A stretch of 64,000 nt of DNA from an uncultured Spirochaetota bacterium (GTDB lineage: Bacteria > Spirochaetota > Spirochaetia > SZUA-6 > Fen-1364), in contig CAWGAA010000003.1 of NCBI GenBank assembly GCA_963820525.1, forward strand, positions 160,001 through 224,000, written 5' to 3'. Positions 20,185 to 30,813 of the stretch are shown here, piece by piece; the stretch's first letter is position 1, and the number at the start of each line of letters is the position of its first letter. Under the pieces are notes generated by a model. The model saw nothing but the letters and a program-made list of their open reading frames with translations, ran no database searches and was not told where the DNA came from. The position numbers were made by a program, and so were the translations under genes.

Positions 20185-20873
20185 TCGATTTCCAATCCCT
20201 TGGAGGTTCCGCCAGCTTCTACTTCACCCGCCATGGGGAAAGCGAAGGCAACCGGGACGGCATCATGCAGGGCAGGACCCCCTCCACGCTCACGGACAAG
20301 GGGCGCGCGCAGGCCCGGCAGGCGGGCCTGTGGTTCCGACCGCGGGGAATAAAGACGATCGTCTCCTCGCCCCTCGCCCGCGCCGGCCAGACCGCCCGGA
20401 TCATCGCGGATGAAACCGGCGTTTCGGACCTCAGGTTCCTGGACGAGCTCGTGGAAATAGACACGGGGATCTTCAGCAACCTGACCCGGGCCGAGGCGCG
20501 CGCGAAATACCCCGAGGCCTGGCTTTCCTTCACGCGGGAGAGCTGGGAAGGAGTGCCGGGTTCCGAGAAGATCGAGGAGATTCTAGAACGAACCCGCGCG
20601 GCATGGGACAGGCTTTTCGACGTGTACCGCGAGGGAAAGGAAACCCTTTTGTGCGTGACGCACAGCGGGTTCCTCCAGTGGATGATCCGCTCGACCCTCG
20701 GCCTCACGACCTGGATGCCCCTCCTCTCCACGGGCGGCAATTGCGCCATCAGCCTCCTGCGCGTGGAGAACGGGCCGTCGAACGAAGAACGGCCTTTCCC
20801 CTTCGTCAGCTGGGAAATGATCAATGTGCCGCCGGATCGCTCATCCGTTGACGCCTCCCCGGCCGATCATTAG
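20181..20873 (+). CDS. Histidine phosphatase superfamily protein
   Basis: RHGES, SSPLARA.QTA, CVTHSG. Confidence 0.88.
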   Translation: MIDFQSLGGSASFYFTRHGESEGNRDGIMQGRTPSTLTDKGRAQARQAGLWFRPRGIKTIVSSPLARAGQTARIIADETGVSDLRFLDELVEIDTGIFSNLTRAEARAKYPEAWLSFTRESWEGVPGSEKIEEILERTRAAWDRLFDVYREGKETLLCVTHSGFLQWMIRSTLGLTTWMPLLSTGGNCAISLLRVENGPSNEERPFPFVSWEMINVPPDRSSVDASPADH

Positions 20874-20884
20874 AGTAGCGAATC

Positions 20885-22183
20885 ATGAAAATACGCATTC
20901 TTTCCTGGGGCTCCCTCCCCCCCCGTGAGCGAAAGTCCATCCTCGCAAGATCGGAGCAGGACATCTCCCGCGCAATGGAGCAGGTCAGGAAGATCCTCGA
21001 CCGCGTCAAGGCCGAAGGAGACCGGGCGCTCGTGGAGTACACGCGGCAGTTCCATGGCGCGGACCTCACGGGAAAGGCCCTCCGGGTGTCGGAAGAAGAG
21101 ATCGAGGAGGCGGGCCGGTCCATCCCACGCGCCGTAGCCGAGGCCATCACGGCGTCCGCGGGGAACGTGCGCGCCTGCCACGAGGACCAGCTCCCCGGCC
21201 CCCTGAAGCTCAGGGAGGTGCGGCCCGGGGTCTTTGCCGGAGAGCGGGCCGTCCCGATCCCTTCCGCCGGGCTGTATGCGCCCCGCGGCAAGGGCAGCTT
21301 CCCATCCTCGATGTACATGATGGCGGTGCCCGCTTCGGTGGCGGGGGTTTCGAGGATCGTGGTCGTGAGCCCGCCGGACGCCCAGGGGCGCTCTGATCCG
21401 GCCACGCTTCATGCCGCGCGGGTATGCGGGGTTCACGAGATCTACCGCATCGGCGGGGTGCAGGCGGTTGCCGCGCTCGCCTACGGGACCGAGAGCGTTC
21501 CCGCCGTGGCCAAGATCGTCGGGCCGGGCAGCCAGTTCGTGACGGCCGCCAAACGGCTTCTCTTCGGCATCGTGGACGTCGGCCTCCCCGCCGGTCCGTC
21601 GGAATCCCTCGTCATCGCGGACGACACCACGGATCCCCGGCGGGCCGCCCTCGACCTCCTCATCGAGGCCGAGCACGGCCCCGATTCCCAGGCCCTCCTG
21701 GTCACGGCAAGCCGCGCCGTGGCCGACGCCGTTGCCGCCCAGCTGCCGAAGCTCGCCGCCGAGCTTCCCGAGCCGCGCCGCTCCTTCGTGGAAAGCGTCT
21801 TCGCCGGCTACGGCGGGATCATCCTCACGTCGAGCATCGAGGAGACGGCCGACGTGGCCAATGCGGTGGCCCCCGAGCACCTCCAGATCGCGACGGCTGA
21901 GCCCTTCGCGGTGCTTGGCCTGATCAAAAACGCCGGAGAGATTCTCCTCGGGCAGCACACCCCCTTCTCCCTCGCCAACTACTCCATCGGCGCCAACGCC
22001 GTGCTCCCCACGGGCGGCGCGGCGAGGACCTGGTCCCCCCTCTCCACGCGGGACTTCATGAAGTGGTCTTCGATTGCGTATCTGACCCAGGAAGGTTATA
22101 GTTCATTGAAAGACACCGCCCTTGCCCTCGCGGATTACGAAGGTTTCCCCGCGCACGCCAAGGCGTTGCGAGAAAGGAGCTGA
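20885..22183 (+). CDS. hisD: Histidinol dehydrogenase
   Basis: GGVQAVAALAYGTESVP, KIVGPG, PAGPSE, EAEHGPDS, APEHL. Confidence 0.9.
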   Translation: MKIRILSWGSLPPRERKSILARSEQDISRAMEQVRKILDRVKAEGDRALVEYTRQFHGADLTGKALRVSEEEIEEAGRSIPRAVAEAITASAGNVRACHEDQLPGPLKLREVRPGVFAGERAVPIPSAGLYAPRGKGSFPSSMYMMAVPASVAGVSRIVVVSPPDAQGRSDPATLHAARVCGVHEIYRIGGVQAVAALAYGTESVPAVAKIVGPGSQFVTAAKRLLFGIVDVGLPAGPSESLVIADDTTDPRRAALDLLIEAEHGPDSQALLVTASRAVADAVAAQLPKLAAELPEPRRSFVESVFAGYGGIILTSSIEETADVANAVAPEHLQIATAEPFAVLGLIKNAGEILLGQHTPFSLANYSIGANAVLPTGGAARTWSPLSTRDFMKWSSIAYLTQEGYSSLKDTALALADYEGFPAHAKALRERS

Positions 22184-22184
22184 C

Positions 22185-23681
22185 ATGAGCCCGGCGAGAG
22201 CCAAGCCGCGAAAACCCACCCAGCGTCCCGCGAAGAAGCCCACCCCCTCCGCGCGGCGAACCGCCGCAAAGGCGAAGCCTGCCAGGAGGGCCGCCGCAAA
22301 GCGCCCCGCGCGCGCCGCCGAACAAGCCCGAAAGCGCCCTCCCCGCGCCAACGCGAAGCTGTTGGATCTCAAGGACGACACCCTCAAGGCATGGGTCGTA
22401 ACCGCAGACATGGGGCTGGGGCACCAGAGGGCCGCCTACCCGCTTCGCTCTATCGCCAAGAGCGGGATCATGACCCTGGGAAAGGCGGCCGACACGCCGC
22501 CGGAAGAGCACAAGCTGTGGGTGCGGATGCGCAAGAACTACGAGTTTCTCTCTCGTACCAAGAACTGGCCCGTCGTCGGCAACATGCTCTTCAGCCTCCT
22601 GGACCGCATCCAGAACATCCCGCCCTTCTACCCGATACGCGACATGTCCAGCCCTTCGTTCCAGGTGATGTGGCTGAAGTCCTACATCGAGAAGGGCATG
22701 TGCATGGGGATGATGGAAAGAATCCGCCAGACCCCGCTTCCGCTCATCACCACGTACTTCGCCCCGGCCATCGCGGCCGATATGGCGGGCTACTCCCGCG
22801 TCTACTGCATCCTCTGCGACGCGGAGATCAACCGGGCCTGGGTGGCGGAGAACCCCCGCAGGAGCAAGATCGTCTATCTCGCCCCCTGCGGAAGGACGGT
22901 GCGCAGGCTCCACCAGTACGGGGTGCCCGACGAGCGGATCTGGCTCACGGGCTTCCCCTTCCCCATCGAGCTCCTGGGAGATCACAACCTCAATGTCCTG
23001 AAGTGGGACGCCGCGCAGCGGCTGTTCTACCTCGATCCGATGAACCGCTTCTGGCCCCTGCACGGGAGAAACGTGACCCACTTCCTGGGCCCCCAGAACT
23101 GCCGCTTCGCCAAGGACCGCGTGCTCACCATCACCTTCGGGGTCGGAGGCGCCGGCGCGCAGACCGACATCGCCTACGCGGTGGCGCGAAGCCTGCGGGA
23201 CAAGATCGCCAAGGGCACGATCCAGTACAACGTGCTCGCCGGGATCAGGCCGGAAGTCAACGAGTTCCTCCAGAAGATGAAGAAGGACCTGGGGTGCCCC
23301 TCCATCAACATCGTGTTCGGCCGCAGCCTCGAGGAGTACTTCAAGAACTTCACGGAATGCATGCGGGTCACCGACATTCTCTGGACCAAGCCCAGCGAGC
23401 TTTCCTTCTACTGCGGCCTGGGAATCCCCGTCGTCATCGCCCCGCCCATCGGCTCGCAGGAGAAGTACAACCAGAGCTGGCTGCTGGAGATCCAGGCCGG
23501 CTATCCCCAGGAAGACCCCCAGTACGCGGACCAATGGCTCTTCGACCTGCTGAACGCGGGGAGGCTCGCCGACGCGGCGTGGGACGGCTTCCTCAAGGCG
23601 CGCAAGTACGGTACTTACAAGATCTACGAGATCCTGCAAAACGGGGCCATGGAGAGGGAGACGTCCGTTCTCCGCAGATGA
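22185..23681 (+). CDS. GT-B fold glycosyltransferase-like protein with basic K/R/A/P-rich N-terminal extension
   Basis: DMGLGHQRAA, TGFP, GGAGAQ, DILWTKPSEL...GIP...PIGSQEKYN resemble UgtP/MurG-like GT-B motifs. Confidence 0.6.
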   Translation: MSPARAKPRKPTQRPAKKPTPSARRTAAKAKPARRAAAKRPARAAEQARKRPPRANAKLLDLKDDTLKAWVVTADMGLGHQRAAYPLRSIAKSGIMTLGKAADTPPEEHKLWVRMRKNYEFLSRTKNWPVVGNMLFSLLDRIQNIPPFYPIRDMSSPSFQVMWLKSYIEKGMCMGMMERIRQTPLPLITTYFAPAIAADMAGYSRVYCILCDAEINRAWVAENPRRSKIVYLAPCGRTVRRLHQYGVPDERIWLTGFPFPIELLGDHNLNVLKWDAAQRLFYLDPMNRFWPLHGRNVTHFLGPQNCRFAKDRVLTITFGVGGAGAQTDIAYAVARSLRDKIAKGTIQYNVLAGIRPEVNEFLQKMKKDLGCPSINIVFGRSLEEYFKNFTECMRVTDILWTKPSELSFYCGLGIPVVIAPPIGSQEKYNQSWLLEIQAGYPQEDPQYADQWLFDLLNAGRLADAAWDGFLKARKYGTYKIYEILQNGAMERETSVLRR

Positions 23682-25012
23682 TCGGCGAGATGCAAACGCC
23701 CGAGGACGTCTTTGACTGGGCGGACGGGTTCACGAACCTCGAGAGGGGCAGGCTGCCCTTCGACAAGCGCAATTACCGCCTGGACCGGATGCGCCGCCTG
23801 CTTGCCCTCTTCGGCGGCCCCGAACAAGCCTTCCGGACAATCCACGTCGCGGGGACCAAGGGCAAAGGCTCCACGGCCGCGCTCCTTTCGGCGGTCATCG
23901 ACGCGGCGGGCGGAAGGTGCGGCCTGTATACCTCGCCCCATGTGAGCTCGCCGCTCGAGCGGATCTCGGTGTCCGGCGCCCCGCCGCTTCCCGAGCTGTT
24001 CGTCGGCCTGGGACAGGAGCTTCGAGAGAGGGTGGAGCGGGTTCGCCCGGGCGAGCTTCCCGGCGGCTTTCCCCCAACAACCTTCGAGCTGTATACCATG
24101 CTGGCATTCCTCGCTTTCCGCTCGAGCGGATGCACGGACGCCGTTGTGGAAACGGGGATCGGGGGGCGGCTCGATGCCACCAACGTCGTCCACCCCGAGG
24201 CATCGGTGATAACTCCCCTGGACCTGGAGCACACCGAGATCCTCGGAGACACCATTGAACGGATCGCCTTCGAGAAGGCGGGCATCATCAAGGAGGGGGT
24301 CCCCGCTTTCATCGCCGCGCAGCCCGCGGATGCCCGGCGGGTCTTCCGGGACGCGGCCCGCCGGAGAAACGCCCCGCTTGTCTTCCTCGACGAGGAGCTT
24401 GAAAGCCTGGAGGTGTCACTGACGGACTGCGGCACCTCGTTCAGCATGAAGCTCAAGGGGATGAAGAGCGAGGAGTTCCGCCTCTCCCTCCTGGGCCGCT
24501 TCCAGGCCGAGAATGCCACCCTGGCGTACCTCGTGCTCAGGCGGTGCCGGCCCGATATCCCCCGCGCCGCTTTCCAGCGAGGCTTTCTGGGCGCCCTTCT
24601 TCCGGGGAGAATGGAGGTGATTCAACGCTCTCCCGTCATCGTCGTGGACGGCGCCCATACCCCGCTTGCCGTCCGGCGCCTCCTGGAATCGTTCTCCGCC
24701 ATCTTTCCCGGCGAAGCGGTTCTCATCTTCGGCTCGGTTGCGGGCAAAAGACCTCATGAGATGGCGGAGATCCTCGCCCCGGCTTTCAACACTGTCATCG
24801 TCTCCACGCCCGGGACCTTCAAGGCGAGCAGACCGGAAGATGTGTATTCTATTTTCAATGCTCTCAATCCCCGCTCAGTGCTGGAGAAAGACCCGGCCGC
24901 CGCGCTCGCGCGTGCCCGGCAGGCCGCGGCGGGAAAGCTGCCCATCCTGGTGACGGGATCGTTCTACATGGTCGCGGAGATAAGAAAGCTGGTATCGGGC
25001 AGCGAACGATAG
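23678..25012 (+). CDS. folC: Dihydrofolate/folylpolyglutamate synthase
   Basis: IHVAGTKGKGST, GLYTSPH, ETGIGGRLDATNV, EKAGIIK, DGAH, VTGSFY. Confidence 0.93.
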   Translation: MIGEMQTPEDVFDWADGFTNLERGRLPFDKRNYRLDRMRRLLALFGGPEQAFRTIHVAGTKGKGSTAALLSAVIDAAGGRCGLYTSPHVSSPLERISVSGAPPLPELFVGLGQELRERVERVRPGELPGGFPPTTFELYTMLAFLAFRSSGCTDAVVETGIGGRLDATNVVHPEASVITPLDLEHTEILGDTIERIAFEKAGIIKEGVPAFIAAQPADARRVFRDAARRRNAPLVFLDEELESLEVSLTDCGTSFSMKLKGMKSEEFRLSLLGRFQAENATLAYLVLRRCRPDIPRAAFQRGFLGALLPGRMEVIQRSPVIVVDGAHTPLAVRRLLESFSAIFPGEAVLIFGSVAGKRPHEMAEILAPAFNTVIVSTPGTFKASRPEDVYSIFNALNPRSVLEKDPAAALARARQAAAGKLPILVTGSFYMVAEIRKLVSGSER

Positions 25013-25035
25013 GCCCGATGGGGCGGGAGGTGACA

Positions 25036-25587
25036 ATGCGTCAGGAAATCTTCTTCAAAGATCGGCTGATTGTGGAAACAGGCGACATCACGGAGGCGGT
25101 CGTCGACGCCATCGTGAACGCGGCGAACTCCAGCCTCAAGGGCGGCGGGGGCGTCGATGGCGCCATACACCGGGCCGGCGGCCCCGAAATCCTGGAGGAA
25201 TGCCGGAAACTGCGGCAGGGAAAGTACCTCGGAGGGCTTTCCCCCGGGGAGGCGGTTCCGACCACGGCAGGGCGTCTTCACGCCCGCTATGTGATCCACA
25301 CCGTCGGCCCCGTGTGGCACGGCGGGGGCTCCGGAGAGGCTGAAACCCTCTCCCGCTGCTACAGAAACAGCCTGGAGCTCGCCGGCAAGCTGGGCCTCGA
25401 CAGCATCGCCTTCCCCGCCATCTCCACCGGCGTCTACGGTTATCCCATGGAGGAAGCCGCCCGTATTGTCTGGAAGACGCTCGAGGATTTTTTCGCCTCG
25501 GCCGCAGCGCCGCGCGTTGTGCGCCTGGTGTTCTATTCCGACGAGGACATGAGCCTTTTCCTCTCCGCCCGGCCGGAGGCTGTCTAG
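25036..25587 (+). CDS. Macro domain protein (O-acetyl-ADP-ribose deacetylase-like)
   Basis: GDIT..VDAIVNAANSSL.GGGGVDGAIHRAGG, IHTVGPVW, FPAISTGVYGYP. Confidence 0.92.
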   Translation: MRQEIFFKDRLIVETGDITEAVVDAIVNAANSSLKGGGGVDGAIHRAGGPEILEECRKLRQGKYLGGLSPGEAVPTTAGRLHARYVIHTVGPVWHGGGSGEAETLSRCYRNSLELAGKLGLDSIAFPAISTGVYGYPMEEAARIVWKTLEDFFASAAAPRVVRLVFYSDEDMSLFLSARPEAV

Positions 25588-25591
25588 CGGC

Positions 25592-27007
25592 ATGACGGCC
25601 AGCGCGTCCCTGAACTGGAAAGAGATCGACCTTCTCCTGGAGGAGCTCTCCCTTGCAGGCAGCCTCGTTCAGGACGTGCACCAGCCCACCCACGACAAGC
25701 TGGTGTTCTCTCTTTTCAGGTCCGGCGAGCATTTCACGCTTCTGGTGAGTCTCTCCACCCGCTTCCCCCGGCTGCACCTGCTCACCGAGAAGCTCCCCAA
25801 CCCGCCAAAGCCCTACCGGTTCGCCGCATTTCTGCGCGCCCATATCAAGGGGGGAAAGATCGAGTCCACCGGGCAGGTGGGGCGGGAAAGGATTGTCCGA
25901 ATCGACATGAAAAAGGCGGACGAGCGGAAAACCCTCTGGCTCAGGCTCTGGGGATCCGCGGCCAATGCAATCGTCACCGATGCCGATGGCGTCATCCTGG
26001 ACGCGTTCTATCGGCGGCCAAAGCGCGGTGAGGTTTCGGGAGGCAAGTTCGAGCCCCCCGCCGCCCGCCCTATTGAAGCGCAGCGGGAGTACGGGGTGCG
26101 GGAGCTTCCCGGAGAAGGGGGCTTCAACGCGCGGGTGGAAAACTTTTTCAGGAAGCTCGAGGCGAGCGGGGACGCGGAGAACACGCGCGCGCGCCTGGAG
26201 ACGGAGCTCTCCGTGCGCGAGAGCAAAGTGCTGGCCAACCTGGAAAAGCTGGAGAAGCGACTTGCCGAATACTCCAACCTCGAGCGCTTCAAGGAGCTGG
26301 GAGACCTGCTCATCTCCTCCCTCCATCGGATCTCCAAGGGAGACAGGTGGGTGAAGGTGGAAGACTTCTTCCACGGCGATGTTCCCGTGGACATCGAGCT
26401 TTCCCCCGAGCTCACCCCGCCGCAGAACGCGGAAAGCTACTACGAGCGCTACAGGAAGGCGCGCGACGGCATGGGCAAGGTCGTCGACGAGATCGCGCAC
26501 CTGCGCGGGATGCTGGATGCTATAGAGAGAGATCGAAGCGCTCTTTCCCGGGGAGACGTGGAAACCCTGCGAGCCCAGGAAGGGAAGGCAGAGCAGCGAA
26601 GGAAAACGGCCGTATCCCCCGATACGCCGGGGCTCGTGTTCGAGCGGCCACCCTACAGGCTCATCGTCGGCCGCTCCGGCAGGGAGAACGACGAGCTCTT
26701 GCGTCATGCGGTGCGGGGAAACGACTGGTGGTTTCACTCCCGTGACTATCCCGGCGCCTACGTGTTCGTCAAAGCTCCCCAGGGCAAGAGCCTACCCTTG
26801 GAGGTGATGCTCGACGCGGGAAACCTCGCAATTCACTTCAGCAAAGGGAAGAACTCGGGCGCCGGGGACGTGTACTACACCCGGGTGAAGTACCTGCGCA
26901 GGGCCAAGGGGGGAAAGAGGGGGCTTGTGATCCCGACCCAGGAGAAGAACCTCCATGTCAGGTTGGACGAGGCCAGGATCGAGAGGCTCAAGAGCGGTGG
27001 GGAGTAG
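25592..27007 (+). CDS. rqcH: NFACT family RqcH/FbpA ribosome quality control protein
   Basis: QNAESYYERYRK, VGRSGRENDEL, DWWFHSRDYPGAYV. Confidence 0.85.
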   Translation: MTASASLNWKEIDLLLEELSLAGSLVQDVHQPTHDKLVFSLFRSGEHFTLLVSLSTRFPRLHLLTEKLPNPPKPYRFAAFLRAHIKGGKIESTGQVGRERIVRIDMKKADERKTLWLRLWGSAANAIVTDADGVILDAFYRRPKRGEVSGGKFEPPAARPIEAQREYGVRELPGEGGFNARVENFFRKLEASGDAENTRARLETELSVRESKVLANLEKLEKRLAEYSNLERFKELGDLLISSLHRISKGDRWVKVEDFFHGDVPVDIELSPELTPPQNAESYYERYRKARDGMGKVVDEIAHLRGMLDAIERDRSALSRGDVETLRAQEGKAEQRRKTAVSPDTPGLVFERPPYRLIVGRSGRENDELLRHAVRGNDWWFHSRDYPGAYVFVKAPQGKSLPLEVMLDAGNLAIHFSKGKNSGAGDVYYTRVKYLRRAKGGKRGLVIPTQEKNLHVRLDEARIERLKSGGE

Positions 27008-27019
27008 TACATTTTCAGC

Positions 27020-27499
27020 ATGAAAGAGACGGTATCGATCGATTCCATCATTACGCAGCTCATGGCTGTCTTGGGAGAGGCCTTCGAAGGCCCGAAGGAA
27101 CGGTGGAGCTACTTCACGGACACCGGCGCGGACGCGGGGATGTTCGCGACGATCGGCAAGCTTAGCGCCGAGGAGGCCACCCGGGTGCTGGGGGAAACCT
27201 CGATCGCCGCGCACGTGAGCCACGTGCTCTTCGGGCTGGAAGCATCCGCGGCCTGGATATAAGGGGATCGGACAACGCGGGATTGGAAAGGCAGCTGGAG
27301 GGTGAGCTCGATCGAGGAAGCGGATTGGAAGCGCCTCCTCGAACGGCTCAGGGCCGGCTATCAGACGCTTCGCCGGGCAATACCGATGTATGCGGCAACC
27401 ACCCCCGAGGCGATGGGCGGGGCCGTCGGCGCCCTTGCCCATGCAGCCTATCACCTGGGGGCGATCCGGCAGAAAGTCACATTCGCCAGGAAAGCGTGA
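27020..27499 (+). pseudogene. DinB-like protein interrupted by an in-frame TAA (27260-27262)
   Basis: Both ORF-track pieces are in the same frame; readthrough gives SIAAHVSHV...DWKGSW...AHAAYHLGAIRQ (DinB His motifs). Confidence 0.75.
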
Positions 27500-27514
27500 A
27501 CGACGGCGCCCGGC

Positions 27515-28924
27515 CTATGCCGGGCCGCCCGCGGCGGTCGCAGTCCGCTTCCGGTGCCGCACGAAATAAATGACGCCTGCCAGCATGATGAGAGCGGCGA
27601 AAGCAAGCAACAGGTTGCTGTAGGGGAAAGCCTTGCTTTCCGAAACCAGGGGATTGACCGGCACCTGGAGCCACCCGCTTTCCAGGATCCTCGCAACGAG
27701 GGCGGTCCCGACCGCGGCGGAAACAAAGGTGACCAGGTTGAAGAGCCCCATGCCCACTCCGGTCTCGGTCACCGCCAGGGTCTGGGAAACGCTGTTGACG
27801 AGGGCCGTCTGGACCAGGGTGAAGCCGATGTAGGTTAAAAGCAGCGCGGCTGAAACAATCCAGGCGGAGAAGCCGAGAAAGGAAGAGATCAGAAGGAGGC
27901 TGGCAACCAGGAGCGCCAGCCCGATGGCGACTACCGAGTCGTTGCCCCTCTTGTCCGCCAGGCTGCCGCCTATCCTCCCGAAAACGACGCCGCTGATGGC
28001 GCCGGGAAACATGATCAATCCGATCTCCTTCGTGCTCATGCCGCGAAGCGCGTTGAACATCAGCGGAATGATGAAAATAATCCCGATGGAGGCGCTGAAG
28101 AGGATGAACCCCACGAGCATGCCGCTCCTGAACCTGAGATTCCGGAAGAGGGAAGGCTCGATGAACGGGTTTCGGGCGCGAAGGATGTGGAGGGTGAAGG
28201 CTCCCAGCGCCAGTACGCTCGCCGCAAGGTAATACCATGCCGTGAAGGAAAGGAACAGGATAAAGGAAGTGATGCCGATTCCGATGAGGAATGCGCCCAG
28301 AATGTCCACGCCTCCCTCCTTCCTCGGCTCTTCGGGCAGCACGCGGAAGAAGAATGGAACCGAAACCAGGGTGAGCAGGGGGATCAGGAACAGGTACGTC
28401 CACCCGAGGCTTCCCGAGATGAAGCCGCCGATGACGGGCCCAATCCCGGCGGCGAACGCGACCGTCGAAGTGATCGAGCCGAACACCTTGCCCCTGTCCG
28501 AAGCGGGGAAGAACCGCGCGACGATGACCATGATCAGGGCGGGGATCGCGGAGGCGCCGGCGCCCTGGATCGCGCGCGCCGCGATGACGGCGGGATAGAA
28601 GGATTGCAGGAGAAAGCCGGCCAGGGAGCCCGACGCGTAGATGAAGACGCCGATGATGATCAGCCGCTTGAGGCTGAAGATATCGGAGAGCCTCCCGAAG
28701 ATGACGGAACCCATCGCGAAAAAGACAATGAAGGTCGTCATCACCCAGCTCACCCCCGAGGGATTCAGCCCAAACTGGCGGGCGATCGCGGGTATCGAAA
28801 CATTGAATACCGTTTCGTTGAGCACGCCGAAGAATACGAGGAAAACGATCCACGGGAGGGCCTTCCTCGCATCCAGTGAAACAGCCTGAGGCGCCATTCT
28901 GGGCGCCGTGTTGTCCATGTCCAA
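27515..28924 (-). CDS. 14-TM MFS efflux transporter, Tet(K)/Tet(L)-like
   Basis: FFGVLNETVFNVSIP, GRLSD...KRL, ARAIQGAGASAIP, NPFIEP.LF.N, GMGLFN, YSNLLL. Confidence 0.8.
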   Translation of the reverse strand: MDMDNTAPRMAPQAVSLDARKALPWIVFLVFFGVLNETVFNVSIPAIARQFGLNPSGVSWVMTTFIVFFAMGSVIFGRLSDIFSLKRLIIIGVFIYASGSLAGFLLQSFYPAVIAARAIQGAGASAIPALIMVIVARFFPASDRGKVFGSITSTVAFAAGIGPVIGGFISGSLGWTYLFLIPLLTLVSVPFFFRVLPEEPRKEGGVDILGAFLIGIGITSFILFLSFTAWYYLAASVLALGAFTLHILRARNPFIEPSLFRNLRFRSGMLVGFILFSASIGIIFIIPLMFNALRGMSTKEIGLIMFPGAISGVVFGRIGGSLADKRGNDSVVAIGLALLVASLLLISSFLGFSAWIVSAALLLTYIGFTLVQTALVNSVSQTLAVTETGVGMGLFNLVTFVSAAVGTALVARILESGWLQVPVNPLVSESKAFPYSNLLLAFAALIMLAGVIYFVRHRKRTATAAGGPA

Positions 28925-29007
28925 TGTGCCTCCCTTCGCTATATATTGTTTTGAATATTCACCAATATGCGAAGAGAAGGAACCGGAGTCAATGGTTTTC
29001 TAAAGAA

Positions 29008-30593
29008 TCAATCCGCGGCTGAGGGCACATGCGCGCCTGAGCATTCGAACCAGTCGAAGTCAGCCGGGCTTGAGCACTCGCGCCCGTTGCCCGTCGCGTA
29101 CATCCCCATGGTGACTCCCGTGAATCCGCCCGCCGCTTCGGACGATAGATCCAAGGTTTCCGCCGTTCCCAGTCCGGTCTTCTCCCCGTCGACAGGCCGG
29201 TAGAAGAAGCTGTAGCTTCGTGGAGAGCAATCCACGGACAGGACGACGTCACTGCGGCCAAGCTCGCGCCCGGCCTTCTCGACAGTCACCCCATTCACGG
29301 TCGTCCTGAAGAATACCCGCCGTCCCCCCGCGCCCGCCGTGATTCCGATCTCGTAGTGGAATTTCTCGTTTGCGCGAAGGACAATCCCGGCCTCCTCGCT
29401 TGCGCTGCGCGGGTCGAAGGAGACGCGCGCCGAGACGCTGCACGCAAGGTGTGTCTGCCGGCGCGCGACGAATGCGGGCGAATCCTGGTGATTCAGGCTC
29501 ACGGGGGAGCCCCAGAGCCGCAGGTGCCCCGGTCTCTCGCAGAGAGAGTAGTCTCTCTCCTTTGGGTTTCTTATGAAAATCCACTGAAGGCCGAGCACGG
29601 CATCATTGAAATCGTCTCTCGCCGGCTCCTGCGGGCAGGGGCATTGGGGAAGGCGCGGCGAGGGCATGGAAAGCTCGATTGTGCCGTTTCCATTGACTAC
29701 GGGCCAGCCTTCCCTCGACCAGCGCACGGGCGCCAGGCAGGTTTCACGGCCGATGAAGTGGAAGCGGGCGGCCGCCCCCCCTGGGGCCTGATTCCCAGGC
29801 ACACCAGCCACGTGCCGTCAGGTGTCTCGACCATGTCCGCGTGGCCGAGGGCCTGGAGGGGATGACCGGGGCGTCCGCGATGCGTGAGGATGGGATTGGC
29901 TGGATTCGCGACGAACGGCCCCCACGGGGAATCGCTTCGGGCGATTGTCTCCCTGTGCCCGTAGCTCGTCCCGCCTTCAGCGATCATGAGATAGTATTTC
30001 CCGCCCACCTTGTACATGTGCGGCCCTTCAGGCCAGACCCCGCCCGTCCCCCTCCACAGCTCCCGCAAGCCGCCTTCCAGCGAGCCCGTCTCAAGGTTCA
30101 GCCGTGACTGAACGATGGCGCCGTCTCCCATGCCTTCGTGGCGGGTGTAGTAGCACGTTCCATCATCGTCAAAGAAGAGGGAGGGATCGATGCCGTCCGC
30201 ATCCAGCCAGACCGGCTCCGACCAGGGGCCTGCCGGGTCCCTGGCCGTGACAGAGAAGTTGCCCCTGGGACGGGCCGCCGCACCGTCCCCTCCATCAACG
30301 AGCGTCGTCACCATGATGAAGGTGCCGTCGTGGAAGCGAAGCGTTGGAGCGTAGATGCCGCCGGAGGATCTTATGCCGCCGAGGGCGAGCTGGCTCCTGC
30401 GCGTCAGGCAGTGGCCGATCTGGCGCCAGTGGACGAGGTCCCTGCTGTGGAACACGGGCACGCCCGGGAAATACTCGAAGGTGCTCGTGACCAGGTAGTA
30501 GTCGTCGCCGGCGCGGCAGATGCTGGGATCCGGATAGAAGCCGGTGATGATGGGGTTGGAGAACTCTCCGCCCCTGGGACTGCGCTGCGCCAT
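29008..30593 (-). pseudogene. GH43 beta-xylosidase/arabinofuranosidase, frameshifted at a G7 run (29775-29781)
   Basis: NPIITGFYPDPSICR, GIDPSLF, PEGPH, GHADMV; the C-terminal domain (FHFIGRETCLAPV...GGFTG) continues in another frame. Confidence 0.85.
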
Positions 30594-30813
30594 GGGTATC
30601 CTTTACTCCATGATGGATCGAGATTCAACCGTCGCGGCGGCCCGCCCTGGATCCAAGGCATCCTCTCCCGAAAGTATACGGCCCGAGGTGCAGCATGGAA
30701 TCAGTGAAACCACCTATGCGCCTCTTCGAGGAGACGGTGGAGGCATAGGCGATTACACCGATGGACGGCGGATACCTCCCGAACTATTCTCCAGGGAAGG
30801 CAGGCCCGACATC

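Noticed and set aside
11254..25012. Long overlapping ORFs in the track (e.g. 11254-13011, 11283-13298, 16730-18706, 22056-23639, N-terminal part of 22391-25012)
   Set aside because: Shadow frames of high-GC genes with no motifs; the recognised genes explain the sequence.
27260..27262. Selenocysteine/pyrrolysine recoding
   Set aside because: The stop is TAA, not TGA or TAG.
30544..30813. N-terminal extension of GH10 overlapping the GH43 start
   Set aside because: It spans the divergent intergenic region; a start near 30814 is more plausible.
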